A program made the translations under genes and the position numbers. DNA of 64,000 nucleotides from IMG/VR virus record IMGVR_UViG_3300029286_000011; one strand, given 5' to 3'. The notes under the pieces were generated by a model. The model had not been told where the DNA came from. It searched no databases and worked only from the letters and a program-made list of their open reading frames with translations. This document shows, in pieces, positions 8,855-18,269 of this stretch. The stretch's first letter is position 1; every line of letters begins with the position of its first letter. Origin of the DNA: a virus (Duplodnaviria > Caudoviricetes).

Positions 8855-10564
8855 CTAGTCGTCTGGATCGCAAGTGCACGCAGGATCCCTGCCGCAGCCT
8901 TCATCCTCAGGACATGGTATGTCTGCACAGTCGGGATCACAACCCTCACATGTGCAGTCTACGCAATTAGGCTCACAGCCTGTCTGTTCGCACACGCAAT
9001 CAGTACAGTTAGGCTCACATTCCTCGCAATGGCAATCTTCCGGAGATCCGCATTCGTCACCATCGCAGTCACAGTTACAGTCACCAGTACTGCAATTAGG
9101 CGAGCAGCTGCCGCCAGATTCATTGCTACAATCAGCTGCGGCGCAGTTAGGCCAACAGGCCTCCTCGTGATCGCAGTCAACCGGATCGTCTTCAGGACAG
9201 CCATCATCTGTGTCACACTGGCACGTAGGGTCAGATCCACAGTGCTGAAATGTTTGAGAGATCTCGGTAACAGAAATGCTTGCACTCCATGAATAGCGTG
9301 CAGCAGCCAAACCCTGGCACCATATCGTCAGATACGGCCCTTCTTCAGGAGTTGCTGAAGGATTAACCGGTGAGACAGTTACCTCCATCCCAAGACTTGC
9401 AACAGAGCTATCATCGGTGAACAATACTTCGTTAGTAGGCGAGCCAACAAGCTCAGCCACACCGTCACTAGCCATCTTAACCACGCCACGCATTTCCCAT
9501 ACGGTTGAGTATCGACTATAGTCGATAGCACCAGCGTGAATTACAAAAGCCCACAGCTTGTCAGCCGTCATCTGTAGTCTACTACCGTTTAGGGTTATTT
9601 CTGTCCAGTTATCATCTTCCGTCTGTGCATAGCCTACGGCTGTAAAGCGACGCACATACGGACCAATTCCCTGAGCAACTGAGGCAAAAATATCGTTTTT
9701 TGTGAATAACCCTGATGTTATCCCGTACGGTGCAGTGACATTATTGGTATAGCCGGAGACTGCAGCGTAGCGGGCCTCGCCGGCTATACTGTTAGCAAAG
9801 CCGCCCAAAACAGCACTGTAATCGCCTAGGTTTAAGTTGCTGACGCCGCCCAGGATAGCCGCATTTTCACCACTTAAGATATTTGATTGGCCTCCGAGAA
9901 TTGCAGCACTTGTTCCAGTGTTCTCGTTATAATATCCGCCCAGCAGTGCCGAATATTCGCCGCGAGCTCTTTGATTGTCGTTACCGCTTAGAAGTTGCAG
10001 ATCTACTGATCGATGACCTAGATTTGTGGTTCCGCCTGTTCTAATGCTGCCTGTGCCGTTGGGGGTTAAGATTATGTCTTTGTTGCCCGTTGTAGTGACA
10101 ATAGCGTATCCGGCTGTATTCAAGTTAGCCGTCAACGTGCTTGTCACGCCGCCTTGCGGTCCTTGTGCGCCCTGCGCACCTTGTGCGCCCTGCGCACCTT
10201 GTGCGCCGTTATTTCCCTGATTGCCTTTAAGACCCTGCACACCCTGTGTACCTTGCGTACCTTGGCTGCCCGCAGCCCCGGTAGCGCCCTGGACGCCTTG
10301 TGTGCCTGCGCCAGTGGCCCCTTGAGCCCCTTGGCTGCCTTGAGCGCCCTGTACACCTTGTGTGCCTTGAACACCCTGACTTCCAGCAGCACCACCTGCA
10401 CCCTGAGCCCCCTGCGGACCTTGCGTACCTTCGCCACCGCCACCGGACTCTAGTGCGTCAGCAATGGCTATGAAGTTGTCATTCAACGCCGAGCCGGCAG
10501 CGCCAGTGGGCGTTGGCGAGACAATGAGCAGTCCTTTGTAGTATTGCAGCGTCGGTGTAGACAT
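8855..10564 (-). CDS. Collagen-like tail fibre/adhesin with YadA-head-like repeats and a C-terminal Cys/Asp/Glu-rich domain
   Basis: About 30 G-X-Q-type triplets. Repeats of the form S/A-A-I-L-G-G-x-x-N resemble left-handed beta-roll adhesin heads. The last 128 aa contain 30 Cys. CACGGAGG RBS. Confidence 0.8.
   Translation of the reverse strand: MSTPTLQYYKGLLIVSPTPTGAAGSALNDNFIAIADALESGGGGEGTQGPQGAQGAGGAAGSQGVQGTQGVQGAQGSQGAQGATGAGTQGVQGATGAAGSQGTQGTQGVQGLKGNQGNNGAQGAQGAQGAQGAQGPQGGVTSTLTANLNTAGYAIVTTTGNKDIILTPNGTGSIRTGGTTNLGHRSVDLQLLSGNDNQRARGEYSALLGGYYNENTGTSAAILGGQSNILSGENAAILGGVSNLNLGDYSAVLGGFANSIAGEARYAAVSGYTNNVTAPYGITSGLFTKNDIFASVAQGIGPYVRRFTAVGYAQTEDDNWTEITLNGSRLQMTADKLWAFVIHAGAIDYSRYSTVWEMRGVVKMASDGVAELVGSPTNEVLFTDDSSVASLGMEVTVSPVNPSATPEEGPYLTIWCQGLAAARYSWSASISVTEISQTFQHCGSDPTCQCDTDDGCPEDDPVDCDHEEACWPNCAAADCSNESGGSCSPNCSTGDCNCDCDGDECGSPEDCHCEECEPNCTDCVCEQTGCEPNCVDCTCEGCDPDCADIPCPEDEGCGRDPACTCDPDD
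10161..10207. repeat. 18-bp tandem repeat (about 2.6 copies) inside the collagen region
   Basis: ccttgtgcgccctgcgca x2 plus a partial copy, encoding (GAQ)n on the minus strand. Confidence 0.9.
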
Positions 10565-10585
10565 CTATCAACCTCCGTGTTTAGT

Positions 10586-10870
10586 TCAAGCCAACAACTG
10601 ACACCGCAAACAAGGCGGGTGCACTTTTGCACCACATCCGGGACAACGCACAGGATCTTTGGTCGCATCAGGATAATGAATCATAACCGACGTGTCGTCA
10701 ATGACAACAACGTCCTCAACTGTGCCCAATACATCGTAGATGTCAGAGAGGTCACACAACAATTTACGCTGAATACGCACCGGCGTATAGCCTTGAGCAC
10801 TCAGGTCAACAATTGTGTACGCCATCTCCTTAGTTAAGCATTTGACGATTGCGCCGGCGGATGGGGCCAT
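10586..10870 (-). CDS. Small protein with C-terminal zinc-ribbon-like motif
   Basis: 94 aa. RCPGCG...PPCLRC; the N-terminal part is loosely HTH-like. Confidence 0.55.
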   Translation of the reverse strand: MAPSAGAIVKCLTKEMAYTIVDLSAQGYTPVRIQRKLLCDLSDIYDVLGTVEDVVVIDDTSVMIHYPDATKDPVRCPGCGAKVHPPCLRCQLLA

Positions 10871-11094
10871 GTCTGTGTTTGTCCTCTGTCTGGCGGCGGC
10901 GTGCCGTCAATGTATTCTTGTAACGTAGGCGACGGTAGTGGAGTTACTAGTGGCTGTGTGTTGAGTCGTGCCGCACCCACTTGTCGTCTAGGCTCAGGAT
11001 TTATCCACTGCGGCATAAGCCCGCGACGTTGCATGTAGTGATCCATTGCGGCAACAGACGACAAATCTAATGGAAACTCATGCACGTTGGCCAT
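10834..11094 (-). CDS. Hypothetical protein
   Basis: 86 aa. Starts 2 nt after the upstream stop and overlaps the next gene. Confidence 0.45.
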   Translation of the reverse strand: MANVHEFPLDLSSVAAMDHYMQRRGLMPQWINPEPRRQVGAARLNTQPLVTPLPSPTLQEYIDGTPPPDRGQTQTWPHPPAQSSNA

Positions 11095-11096
11095 TA

Positions 11097-12047
11097 TCAG
11101 CTACCTGTTATACAGCCTCTATCTTGCAGCTTAGATCCAAGTACGACTTGATCCATCTGAGCCACACGAGCTTCCAAACTAACCAAGAAATTCTCTAACG
11201 TGGTGGCCTGTCTGCCAAACTGTTCCATTGCCTGAGTCAACGTCTCTAGTTCACTGCAACCGCAGCAAGGTGTTGAGCACGGGTTTGTCAGCTTGAGACC
11301 ATTGATCATTGTCTCAACCTGCAAGCACTCAGAACCTAGCAGTGTTAGTCTACCGTTGGCATCAGGCCTGATACCGTTGACGTTTCTGATCGGCGGCGAT
11401 AATGCGTTACCAATGCATACGCAATCGTCATTCAGGCCTTCACCGTCTATTGCGTCTACAACTATCTCAGGATCTGCACCCTCGGCCTGTACAACAGTGA
11501 ATCGTATGTTTCTACCGGCGCTCAACACCACGGTGCCAGTCAGAACTTCACTACGCTCCTGACCATTCTGTACGATCACGCCACTGACACCACGAATACT
11601 CGGACGAACACAATCAGGCTCTATGATCGTGGCGGTAGGATTGAACGTGAATATGCCAGCAGGCTGCTGCACAATATTAGAAAGATCACCCACAACGATA
11701 TGGCCTGTGGCGTCATAGAAGTCACCTTGGCCTAGTAGTCTGTATGACTGCCCATAGGTGTGTGTCGTAGCCGCAAGCATTGCCGACGCTACAGTGGTTG
11801 TGGTCGAGCCGTTGTAGTAACCGATGACAATGTTGTAACCTGTCGTAAACGCACCAAGAGTGGATACGTAGAATCCGGCAGGATTTACAGAGACACCGGC
11901 ATTAAGCGACAGATGCAACGATAGGAGAAAGTCGTTAGGAATGCTAAACGCACCACTTTGGTCTACACCGGCAGCATCAGCCGTCAACGGATAGCGCCGG
12001 CTGGCGTTGTGATTCAACCATTCAAGATTGCGTAAACCAATGGCCAT
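11097..12047 (-). CDS. Tail/baseplate-associated paralog with PCCGC motif and coiled coil
   Basis: 316 aa. WLNHNASRRYPL, IPNDFLL, LTGTVVLSAG, VNGIRPDANG, CSTPCCGC. Confidence 0.7.
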   Translation of the reverse strand: MAIGLRNLEWLNHNASRRYPLTADAAGVDQSGAFSIPNDFLLSLHLSLNAGVSVNPAGFYVSTLGAFTTGYNIVIGYYNGSTTTTVASAMLAATTHTYGQSYRLLGQGDFYDATGHIVVGDLSNIVQQPAGIFTFNPTATIIEPDCVRPSIRGVSGVIVQNGQERSEVLTGTVVLSAGRNIRFTVVQAEGADPEIVVDAIDGEGLNDDCVCIGNALSPPIRNVNGIRPDANGRLTLLGSECLQVETMINGLKLTNPCSTPCCGCSELETLTQAMEQFGRQATTLENFLVSLEARVAQMDQVVLGSKLQDRGCITGS

Positions 12048-12055
12048 AAAGCTAC

Positions 12056-13855
12056 CTATTGGGAAATGCTCAGCACACCGGCCTGACGAATCACATGCAG
12101 TTCACCGCTGTAGGCATCTGTCGATAATCGCTGCAGCGTAAAGAACACGGTGTCGCCAGCCACAACAGAAATTGCAGCAGACTCAGCAGTAAACACCTGA
12201 TTGGACGAGGCAAGCGTAATGCCGGCATCAATCGACGACGCTGAGTCAGCCGTTGGCAGCGCAGCAGCAGTGAGCAGGGCGCTGTCCCTAGACAATACAC
12301 GATATGTGAGACTGAACACATCGTCTGGAACAGTGCCTGTCGTACGCCCAAGCAATTGAAGCCTGAGCTTGAGTACAGTGCCTTCTGGCAAGGTCTGTTT
12401 GGCAGGCACCGATATACGACCACGATAGGCAGCTTGTCTTCCGGCAGGGAAGCCAAGACCCATCACCTCTTCGTAGTACTCGTCTGTGACACCATCAAGG
12501 CGCACCGTGTCCACCTGCAGCTCAGTATTCGTCAGATCGTTATCGACGAATATGCTGACCTTACCCTGGACCGATCCATCTTCGTTAGTGACGTCACCAG
12601 TTAGAGTCACGTTGTCACTACCAGCCACGACAGATTCAACCATCGGGCCTTTAATGAACGTGCCGGCATCGGTCAGACCTTTGAGCGCCGTGTAGCCTGC
12701 AGTGTCCTCTGTCTGCACTGTCAGGGCCAGCTGCAGACCTATCACAAGATGGCCAGTTCCAGCCGTATCGTCAGTGCCGGCGCAAGTGATAGTCAGCGGA
12801 CTACCGTCTTTTACGGTTAGACTGAGTACCGCCGTCTGCAGACTGTAGAACAGCGGCAAGCTGAACCACAGCGTCATGCTAGATTGCAGCGCACGCGGGC
12901 ATTCACAGACTTCCGACACACCCTCACTGATGCTGTCAGGCACTGTAGGCCACGGCACGTCACCAAAGCAGTTGCTCATCCACCATATGCCGTTGCGATC
13001 AATGACAACAAGCTCGTCAGCGCCTGTGGGAACTAGCGTACCGAGTACAGCAAAGTCCTCACCACGATTCCACAGCAGCACAGCGCTTTCGACAGGCAGC
13101 GGCGGCCACAGGGCACTGAACGATGAGGCTGCGATGTTGTAACCAAACTGCGCACCCAGCGGGGCCAGTCCACCAAAGCTTGGATCATCAGCAGGCAGCC
13201 AACCTTCAATGTCCGTGTCTGCGGTTACAGACCATCGTGAATCAGCAAGCACGCTTTCACCAGCAGGCACACACTGCAGAGAGAACTTATGGTGCTTATG
13301 GCCATCCAGCAGTGCACGCGGCAGAGGGTTAACGTATATCAACCACGTGCTTGTTGTGGCTGACTCCATCACAGTTAGTACGGGCACGCTAACGCCGGGT
13401 TCTTGCCGTACAAGCTTGCCGGCCTGCATAGGCGACAAGTAGTAGTCGCCAGGCACTACCGTATCGTCAATCGCCAGAGACATGTCAACAATGTACATGC
13501 CAAACAAAAGAACATCACCGTTCTCGCTGCTGTTTTTGGTGATGCACACTCCGCGCACCTTGGCAGACTCGGCCAAGCTAAGCACCCCTGTAGCTGCGTC
13601 AACCGCCACAGACGCCAATGCCGGTTCGTAGCGATGGTTGGTTGTGTTGTAGTACACAGGCCGACCAACGGCTACGGCAGACGACATATTTTTGGCTCGA
13701 TCAATTACGGTGGAGCCTGCTGAAATCGTGTCTAGCAACGACTTCAGATGGTCTATGTTGCCTTTCAGCTCCAACGTGGGTCGATTTGTAACACCGCCAC
13801 GTACGGCCTCACCGTCGCGAACCGTTCTGATTAGCGTCTGATAGCTCATGGGCAT
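12056..13855 (-). CDS. Virion tail/baseplate structural protein
   Basis: 599 aa. N-terminal VRDGEAV..GVTNRP..EL..N..HLK resembles tail-fibre attachment N-termini; lies within the baseplate block. Confidence 0.55.
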   Translation of the reverse strand: MPMSYQTLIRTVRDGEAVRGGVTNRPTLELKGNIDHLKSLLDTISAGSTVIDRAKNMSSAVAVGRPVYYNTTNHRYEPALASVAVDAATGVLSLAESAKVRGVCITKNSSENGDVLLFGMYIVDMSLAIDDTVVPGDYYLSPMQAGKLVRQEPGVSVPVLTVMESATTSTWLIYVNPLPRALLDGHKHHKFSLQCVPAGESVLADSRWSVTADTDIEGWLPADDPSFGGLAPLGAQFGYNIAASSFSALWPPLPVESAVLLWNRGEDFAVLGTLVPTGADELVVIDRNGIWWMSNCFGDVPWPTVPDSISEGVSEVCECPRALQSSMTLWFSLPLFYSLQTAVLSLTVKDGSPLTITCAGTDDTAGTGHLVIGLQLALTVQTEDTAGYTALKGLTDAGTFIKGPMVESVVAGSDNVTLTGDVTNEDGSVQGKVSIFVDNDLTNTELQVDTVRLDGVTDEYYEEVMGLGFPAGRQAAYRGRISVPAKQTLPEGTVLKLRLQLLGRTTGTVPDDVFSLTYRVLSRDSALLTAAALPTADSASSIDAGITLASSNQVFTAESAAISVVAGDTVFFTLQRLSTDAYSGELHVIRQAGVLSISQ

Positions 13856-13865
13856 CCGTCCGTGT

Positions 13866-14483
13866 TTAACCGAAGGTTAGCGGCCAGTCTATTCCGATTT
13901 GCAGGCTGGGCAACTTGGTCAGTTGACTAGCAGCCTCGTAGTACCACCGACAATAGATGAGGTCTTGTGAATCGTCGGCGTAGTCAGGTGTGACAACCAA
14001 TGCACCACCATACACGCGACTCTGCTGTGTGCTGGAGAACTCCAGACCGTTGATACCAACAGTACCCGTAGTCTGCGCAAAACATGTCAGCTTATTACCG
14101 CGCGGGAATATAAGCTCATTGGTTGACTCTTTGACAGCTGCCACAAGGGGCACGCGCAAATAGTCACGCAGCCCTGACAAGTTGCGATAGTAAGACAGAG
14201 CATCGTCTCGATTGACGGTAGGCGGCGATACTTCAGCGCCGGCGTTATTCTCAAACTCAATGTACATGGCCGAGATGTTGTACGACTTGCCATCAACAGA
14301 GCCGCGAAGCAGTTCGCATTGAACTGTCGCCCAGTCGTACATTATGTCGTTGTGGTTGAACTTGCCACCAGGAAACCACAAACCTGAAACACGCAGTTGC
14401 GGACGGATGTATGTAAAACCGTTCGCTGAAAATTGTTGCCACAACCGTGCAGCGCCGGCTGCATATGTACCAGGCTTAAGCAT
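13866..14483 (-). CDS. Putative baseplate protein
   Basis: 205 aa, packed between baseplate-like genes. Assigned from context only. Confidence 0.5.
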   Translation of the reverse strand: MLKPGTYAAGAARLWQQFSANGFTYIRPQLRVSGLWFPGGKFNHNDIMYDWATVQCELLRGSVDGKSYNISAMYIEFENNAGAEVSPPTVNRDDALSYYRNLSGLRDYLRVPLVAAVKESTNELIFPRGNKLTCFAQTTGTVGINGLEFSSTQQSRVYGGALVVTPDYADDSQDLIYCRWYYEAASQLTKLPSLQIGIDWPLTFG

Positions 14484-14493
14484 AAAGGCTCCT

Positions 14494-16137
14494 TCAAGGG
14501 CAGTAGCAGTCTATATATCGAAGTCTTGGTTGTTCGACTATACGCTCAGTGACCACCGTCTCGCCTGTAGGCTCCGCAGCGTAGTAAGTGCTAGCCGATT
14601 CTAGTATGTTGCCGGCGGGCGTAATTGTGTCGCCTACGCCACTAAGCCTGAACACTAGCAACAAGGAACTAAACGACGGCAGTATGTGTCTAAGCATTCG
14701 TAGCAATGCGTAGTCTAGCCTGTTAGGCCCCAAATAGGCTGTCTTTGCCTGGATCACCAGCGCATGTCGACGTAGAACATTGGCTGCCAAGAATTCAAGA
14801 GGATTGACGGTAGCTGGCAGATTGCCTGCTCTGGGCGGATCCTCTTTGATTGTTCGCGTATCCAGCAAGTCTGCCAAGGTCTGTCCAGCGGCTAATCCAC
14901 GAGAATGTACCTCGTCCCAGAACTTGGCAATGTCCAGTGGCCAGCCACCGACTTCGAATGACACCTTGGCGATGCCTTCAACGTCAGTAACAGTTAGAGG
15001 TACGTCGGCATTACGAAACGTTATGCCGTCTAGGTAGCCTGGAGCCAGATACTCCTTGCCCAGCGTCACGGCAAATAGCGAGTCAGGCACATTTCCACGA
15101 TTAAGGTCAATCGCCTGAAAGGCTTCACCTAGCGTTTGACCTCTGTACAGCACATCGCCAATTGCGACGGTTGCTGTATCGTCGATATGCAGCTTGTAAA
15201 CGTTGTCAGACGTTATGACGAGCAGATTGCGTGAGTCTGTGACAACATCCTCAACCACTTCACCGTCCGTCTCTGCTATAGGCACATCGACAACTGCTGA
15301 CAACAGTTGCCGTATGACGTACTCGGAGCCGCCGTTGGTCAGCCCATTCCAATAGGCCTGCAGAAACCGTCGATAATTCTCACTAGTGGCTTGGCGAAGA
15401 CCTAGCTGATACCCAAGGTGATACCATGGTAAGTCTCTGTCTTCCACAGGCTGAAACATCCACAGCGTTATCTCTGTGTCTGTTACTTCGCTGCCTGTGT
15501 AAACAAGTTCACTGCTGATTCGGCTGTCATCAAACGGCTGGGTGTAGAAAACCAACTGGCCGTTAGCCGCGTCATATTCGTAATCCAGGCCAGCCACCAG
15601 TGTGATGCTAGGCGAGAAAATACGATCAGTCAGCAATAGCGGTGCTGCTGTCAGAGCCAGCGGGCATGGGAAGCTGTATGTGTGTCTGTCCAGCAGTTGG
15701 CCATAATACTTGATGTTACTTACAGCCGGGGAGCCGCCGCCGGATAGTACAAGCTCGTTCCAGTCGTCTTCTGTCAGCTCAAACCAGTCTTCAGGGTTGA
15801 ACTCAAGCCAGTCCTGCGTGATCTCAGACGGTATACCGGCATACGTGACATTCTCACCGTACCGCAGAGCGCTTATGGCGGCAGAATTGCACTCAGAGCG
15901 GCGTAGCTTGATTTGATACCATCTGTGACGTTGCCCGAGCGGCAGTGTCTCCCTGGAAAGCGAGTCCTGCAGATGTCGCAGGTTTGCCTGCGTCTGTCTA
16001 TGCAGAAGCGCCTGGCCTTCTAGTATGTCCTGTAGAAGGAAGCGGCCAGAATACTGCTCAGACCAGAAAGAGCCCAGATAAGTCAACAGGGCTTCTGGCT
16101 GGTCTAGTTCGCCAGCGGGATAGATGGTAGGGGCCAT
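14494..16137 (-). CDS. Putative baseplate wedge protein
   Basis: 547 aa. LGSFWSE N-terminus and 'YRRFLQAYWNGLTNGGSEYVIRQLLSAVVDVP' are typical of wedge subunits that partner baseplate J. Confidence 0.55.
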   Translation of the reverse strand: MAPTIYPAGELDQPEALLTYLGSFWSEQYSGRFLLQDILEGQALLHRQTQANLRHLQDSLSRETLPLGQRHRWYQIKLRRSECNSAAISALRYGENVTYAGIPSEITQDWLEFNPEDWFELTEDDWNELVLSGGGSPAVSNIKYYGQLLDRHTYSFPCPLALTAAPLLLTDRIFSPSITLVAGLDYEYDAANGQLVFYTQPFDDSRISSELVYTGSEVTDTEITLWMFQPVEDRDLPWYHLGYQLGLRQATSENYRRFLQAYWNGLTNGGSEYVIRQLLSAVVDVPIAETDGEVVEDVVTDSRNLLVITSDNVYKLHIDDTATVAIGDVLYRGQTLGEAFQAIDLNRGNVPDSLFAVTLGKEYLAPGYLDGITFRNADVPLTVTDVEGIAKVSFEVGGWPLDIAKFWDEVHSRGLAAGQTLADLLDTRTIKEDPPRAGNLPATVNPLEFLAANVLRRHALVIQAKTAYLGPNRLDYALLRMLRHILPSFSSLLLVFRLSGVGDTITPAGNILESASTYYAAEPTGETVVTERIVEQPRLRYIDCYCP

Positions 16138-16166
16138 AGGCCTATTCTACCAGGAAACCTGATAGC

Positions 16167-16502
16167 CTAAGAACGCCACTTCCGCAGCGTGTCAGGCATG
16201 GGAAAGGGGTTGTCCATCCGTAGAGGACGATAGGCGAATATCCGAAGCACCAGGATTACCGCACCGTTGATGACGAACAACACACGAGACATCAAGGGGG
16301 AACAGTGGTCCGATATGATCGGCATCAGATAGTCAGAGACCCCCAGGAACATGATGAAGACGCCGTACCAGAAGCCTGCGCTACAGTACCACGGCAGATT
16401 GCTTTGTGTGGGCTGCGTACGTTCGGCCAGAGGGCCTAGATCAGCTTGCGTCAGCTGAGGCTCTGTAGTCTCGCACGATTTGTTCTGTGTCGGCTCGGTC
16501 AC
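16167..16502 (-). CDS. Small two-TM membrane protein (holin-like)
   Basis: 111 aa with two hydrophobic helices (GFWYGVFIMFLGVS..., VLFVINGAVILVLRIF) and a basic C-terminus. Confidence 0.55.
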   Translation of the reverse strand: MTEPTQNKSCETTEPQLTQADLGPLAERTQPTQSNLPWYCSAGFWYGVFIMFLGVSDYLMPIISDHCSPLMSRVLFVINGAVILVLRIFAYRPLRMDNPFPMPDTLRKWRS

Positions 16503-16743
16503 GATTCAGCCACCATTTGAACAGCAGATTGATGACTATGGACAACGCCCACAACACAAGTATTGGACTACCGTAGGTTTCCCTGTAGTCCGCTATAGCC
16601 TGCGTCCGTATACGCTTGTCGTCGAAGCCGTTTGTGTCCCACTTGGCAACTATAAGCTTGAGCCATCGTCTGGCAGGCTTGCGTCCAGCTCGAAGTCGAA
16701 TAGATTGGCTGAATAGGGCCTCTTCGAATTCTTCAGGACGCAT
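16441..16743 (-). CDS. Membrane-associated hypothetical protein
   Basis: Likely start ATG 16743 (MRPEEF) with GGAGG RBS. One TM segment (GSPILVLWALSIVINLLFKWW). Confidence 0.6.
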   Translation of the reverse strand: MRPEEFEEALFSQSIRLRAGRKPARRWLKLIVAKWDTNGFDDKRIRTQAIADYRETYGSPILVLWALSIVINLLFKWWLNRDRADTEQIVRDYRASADAS

Positions 16744-16745
16744 GG

Positions 16746-17306
16746 CTACCTCCGACGGAAAAATAGACCTCTCGGCGCATAGCCAGTGCTCTGTTGCGGA
16801 GTGCCGCAACTGCCTGACGGGCACGAGCCAGAGGTCTGACCACCGATCGTGCAGGCTCCGTTTGCACAGTCGCTCTGCTGAAAAGGTGTCCAGGCCTTAG
16901 GCGTTTTGTTGGTCTGTACGGTGATAGACAGGCCGTTGTTCTGCACGTTGTCGAGCAGCGTGTTGATCTTCTGCGCAGTTTGCTTGGCTGTATCCGTCAG
17001 ATCCGAAATGCCTAGCCAGCTGCTGGGAGATCCAGCAGAACCGGAGCTACAATCTGGGCACGGCGTCTGGTGTCCGTCACCGTGTGTAATGTAGCCCGTG
17101 TTGTTGCAGCTAGGGCATACACCTGGAACAGGCGGCGTAGGAATAACTGGTTCGAATGAGGTCAGGCTGACCACGGTCACAGACGCTGCAGCAACATCTA
17201 GTGATATTGCGTCATGACCTCGCCAGTCGTAACGAACACCAGGCACAGTGGTCTGGCAGCCCGACAGACACAGACCAACACAGGCGGCTAACAACAATGA
17301 TCGCAT
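16746..17306 (-). CDS. Cys-rich lipoprotein
   Basis: Signal peptide with lipobox LSGC; CPSC..CPDC; CANGAC and CPSGSCG; ends RGLFFRRR. Confidence 0.7.
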   Translation of the reverse strand: MRSLLLAACVGLCLSGCQTTVPGVRYDWRGHDAISLDVAAASVTVVSLTSFEPVIPTPPVPGVCPSCNNTGYITHGDGHQTPCPDCSSGSAGSPSSWLGISDLTDTAKQTAQKINTLLDNVQNNGLSITVQTNKTPKAWTPFQQSDCANGACTIGGQTSGSCPSGSCGTPQQSTGYAPRGLFFRRR

Positions 17307-17310
17307 AGTG

Positions 17311-18261
17311 TTACCCTAACACGTCTGAGGGGGTGCCGTAGTTCGGCAGCTTCTTAGCGGGTATGCCAACGACGTCGCAGTAGAAGAACATTGAGCGTGA
17401 CCTTAGGAAATATTGAGCCCACATTTCTTCGCTCAACAGGAACGAACCCACAGGCCACGGCCCGTACAGTTCGTCAGGCCACACGCGCGGCTTGTTATTC
17501 CATTTGCCCCAGGAATTTGCGACCAGGAACACGCAGCAGGGGTAAACCTGCTTGGTGTCGTCCATGCCAATGGTGGCCATGTCATGATTCCACGACTTAC
17601 CACGCACAGCCAAGCCGCGAGCATCTGAGCTGGCCTGCACGCCGAATTGCTGGCCTGAGTGGCAGGCGTAGCCAGCTGCGAACAGGGCCTTAGCTTCGGC
17701 TATATCGCCAGGTGCCACGTAGCGTCCGACATGATGCTTCTTGCACTCGGCTATCATTTCAGCCGGCATGCCTCGGAGCCAGTTGTCACATATCCATTCG
17801 TTGAGCTTAGACAAGTCAGCGAACGGGTACTTCTCACGAAACAGGAAACCGGTGTCCACTTCGAAACGTGTAGCTACAGCCGGATCCATACCCTCGCCGC
17901 GCGAGCCACGCGCACCGTACGTAGGCTCGGTGGCTCCACGTTTGTAGTATTCCTCGGCTTCACCCTTGATGTCGATTTCTACCGAGCGAGTAGTGTCTCG
18001 GCAGTTACGAGATCCGTGGCTGACACAGCTACCTCTGACCTGGGCCTCAAGTCCAAATGCTCCTGGGTCATACTTTTCACGAGACTTCCACAGTAACGCC
18101 AAGGCCTTATCACCTATGCCACGAAGATGCGGGCAGGCCGCACCAAATGTCGTGGCCTTGCCATCGGCAAACAGCCGCTCCATCGTGGCCTTGTTGTACT
18201 GCCAACCAAGCAAGCCGCATTCGTAAGCAGACACAATGTCTTGCGGAGTCCGGAAAAGCAT
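17311..18261 (-). CDS. Papain-like cysteine peptidase (C1 family)
   Basis: Q-x4-S-C (QVRGSCVSH), catalytic His in WNHDM, Asn in FLVANSWG. Confidence 0.85.
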   Translation of the reverse strand: MLFRTPQDIVSAYECGLLGWQYNKATMERLFADGKATTFGAACPHLRGIGDKALALLWKSREKYDPGAFGLEAQVRGSCVSHGSRNCRDTTRSVEIDIKGEAEEYYKRGATEPTYGARGSRGEGMDPAVATRFEVDTGFLFREKYPFADLSKLNEWICDNWLRGMPAEMIAECKKHHVGRYVAPGDIAEAKALFAAGYACHSGQQFGVQASSDARGLAVRGKSWNHDMATIGMDDTKQVYPCCVFLVANSWGKWNNKPRVWPDELYGPWPVGSFLLSEEMWAQYFLRSRSMFFYCDVVGIPAKKLPNYGTPSDVLG

Positions 18262-18269
18262 ATATCACC

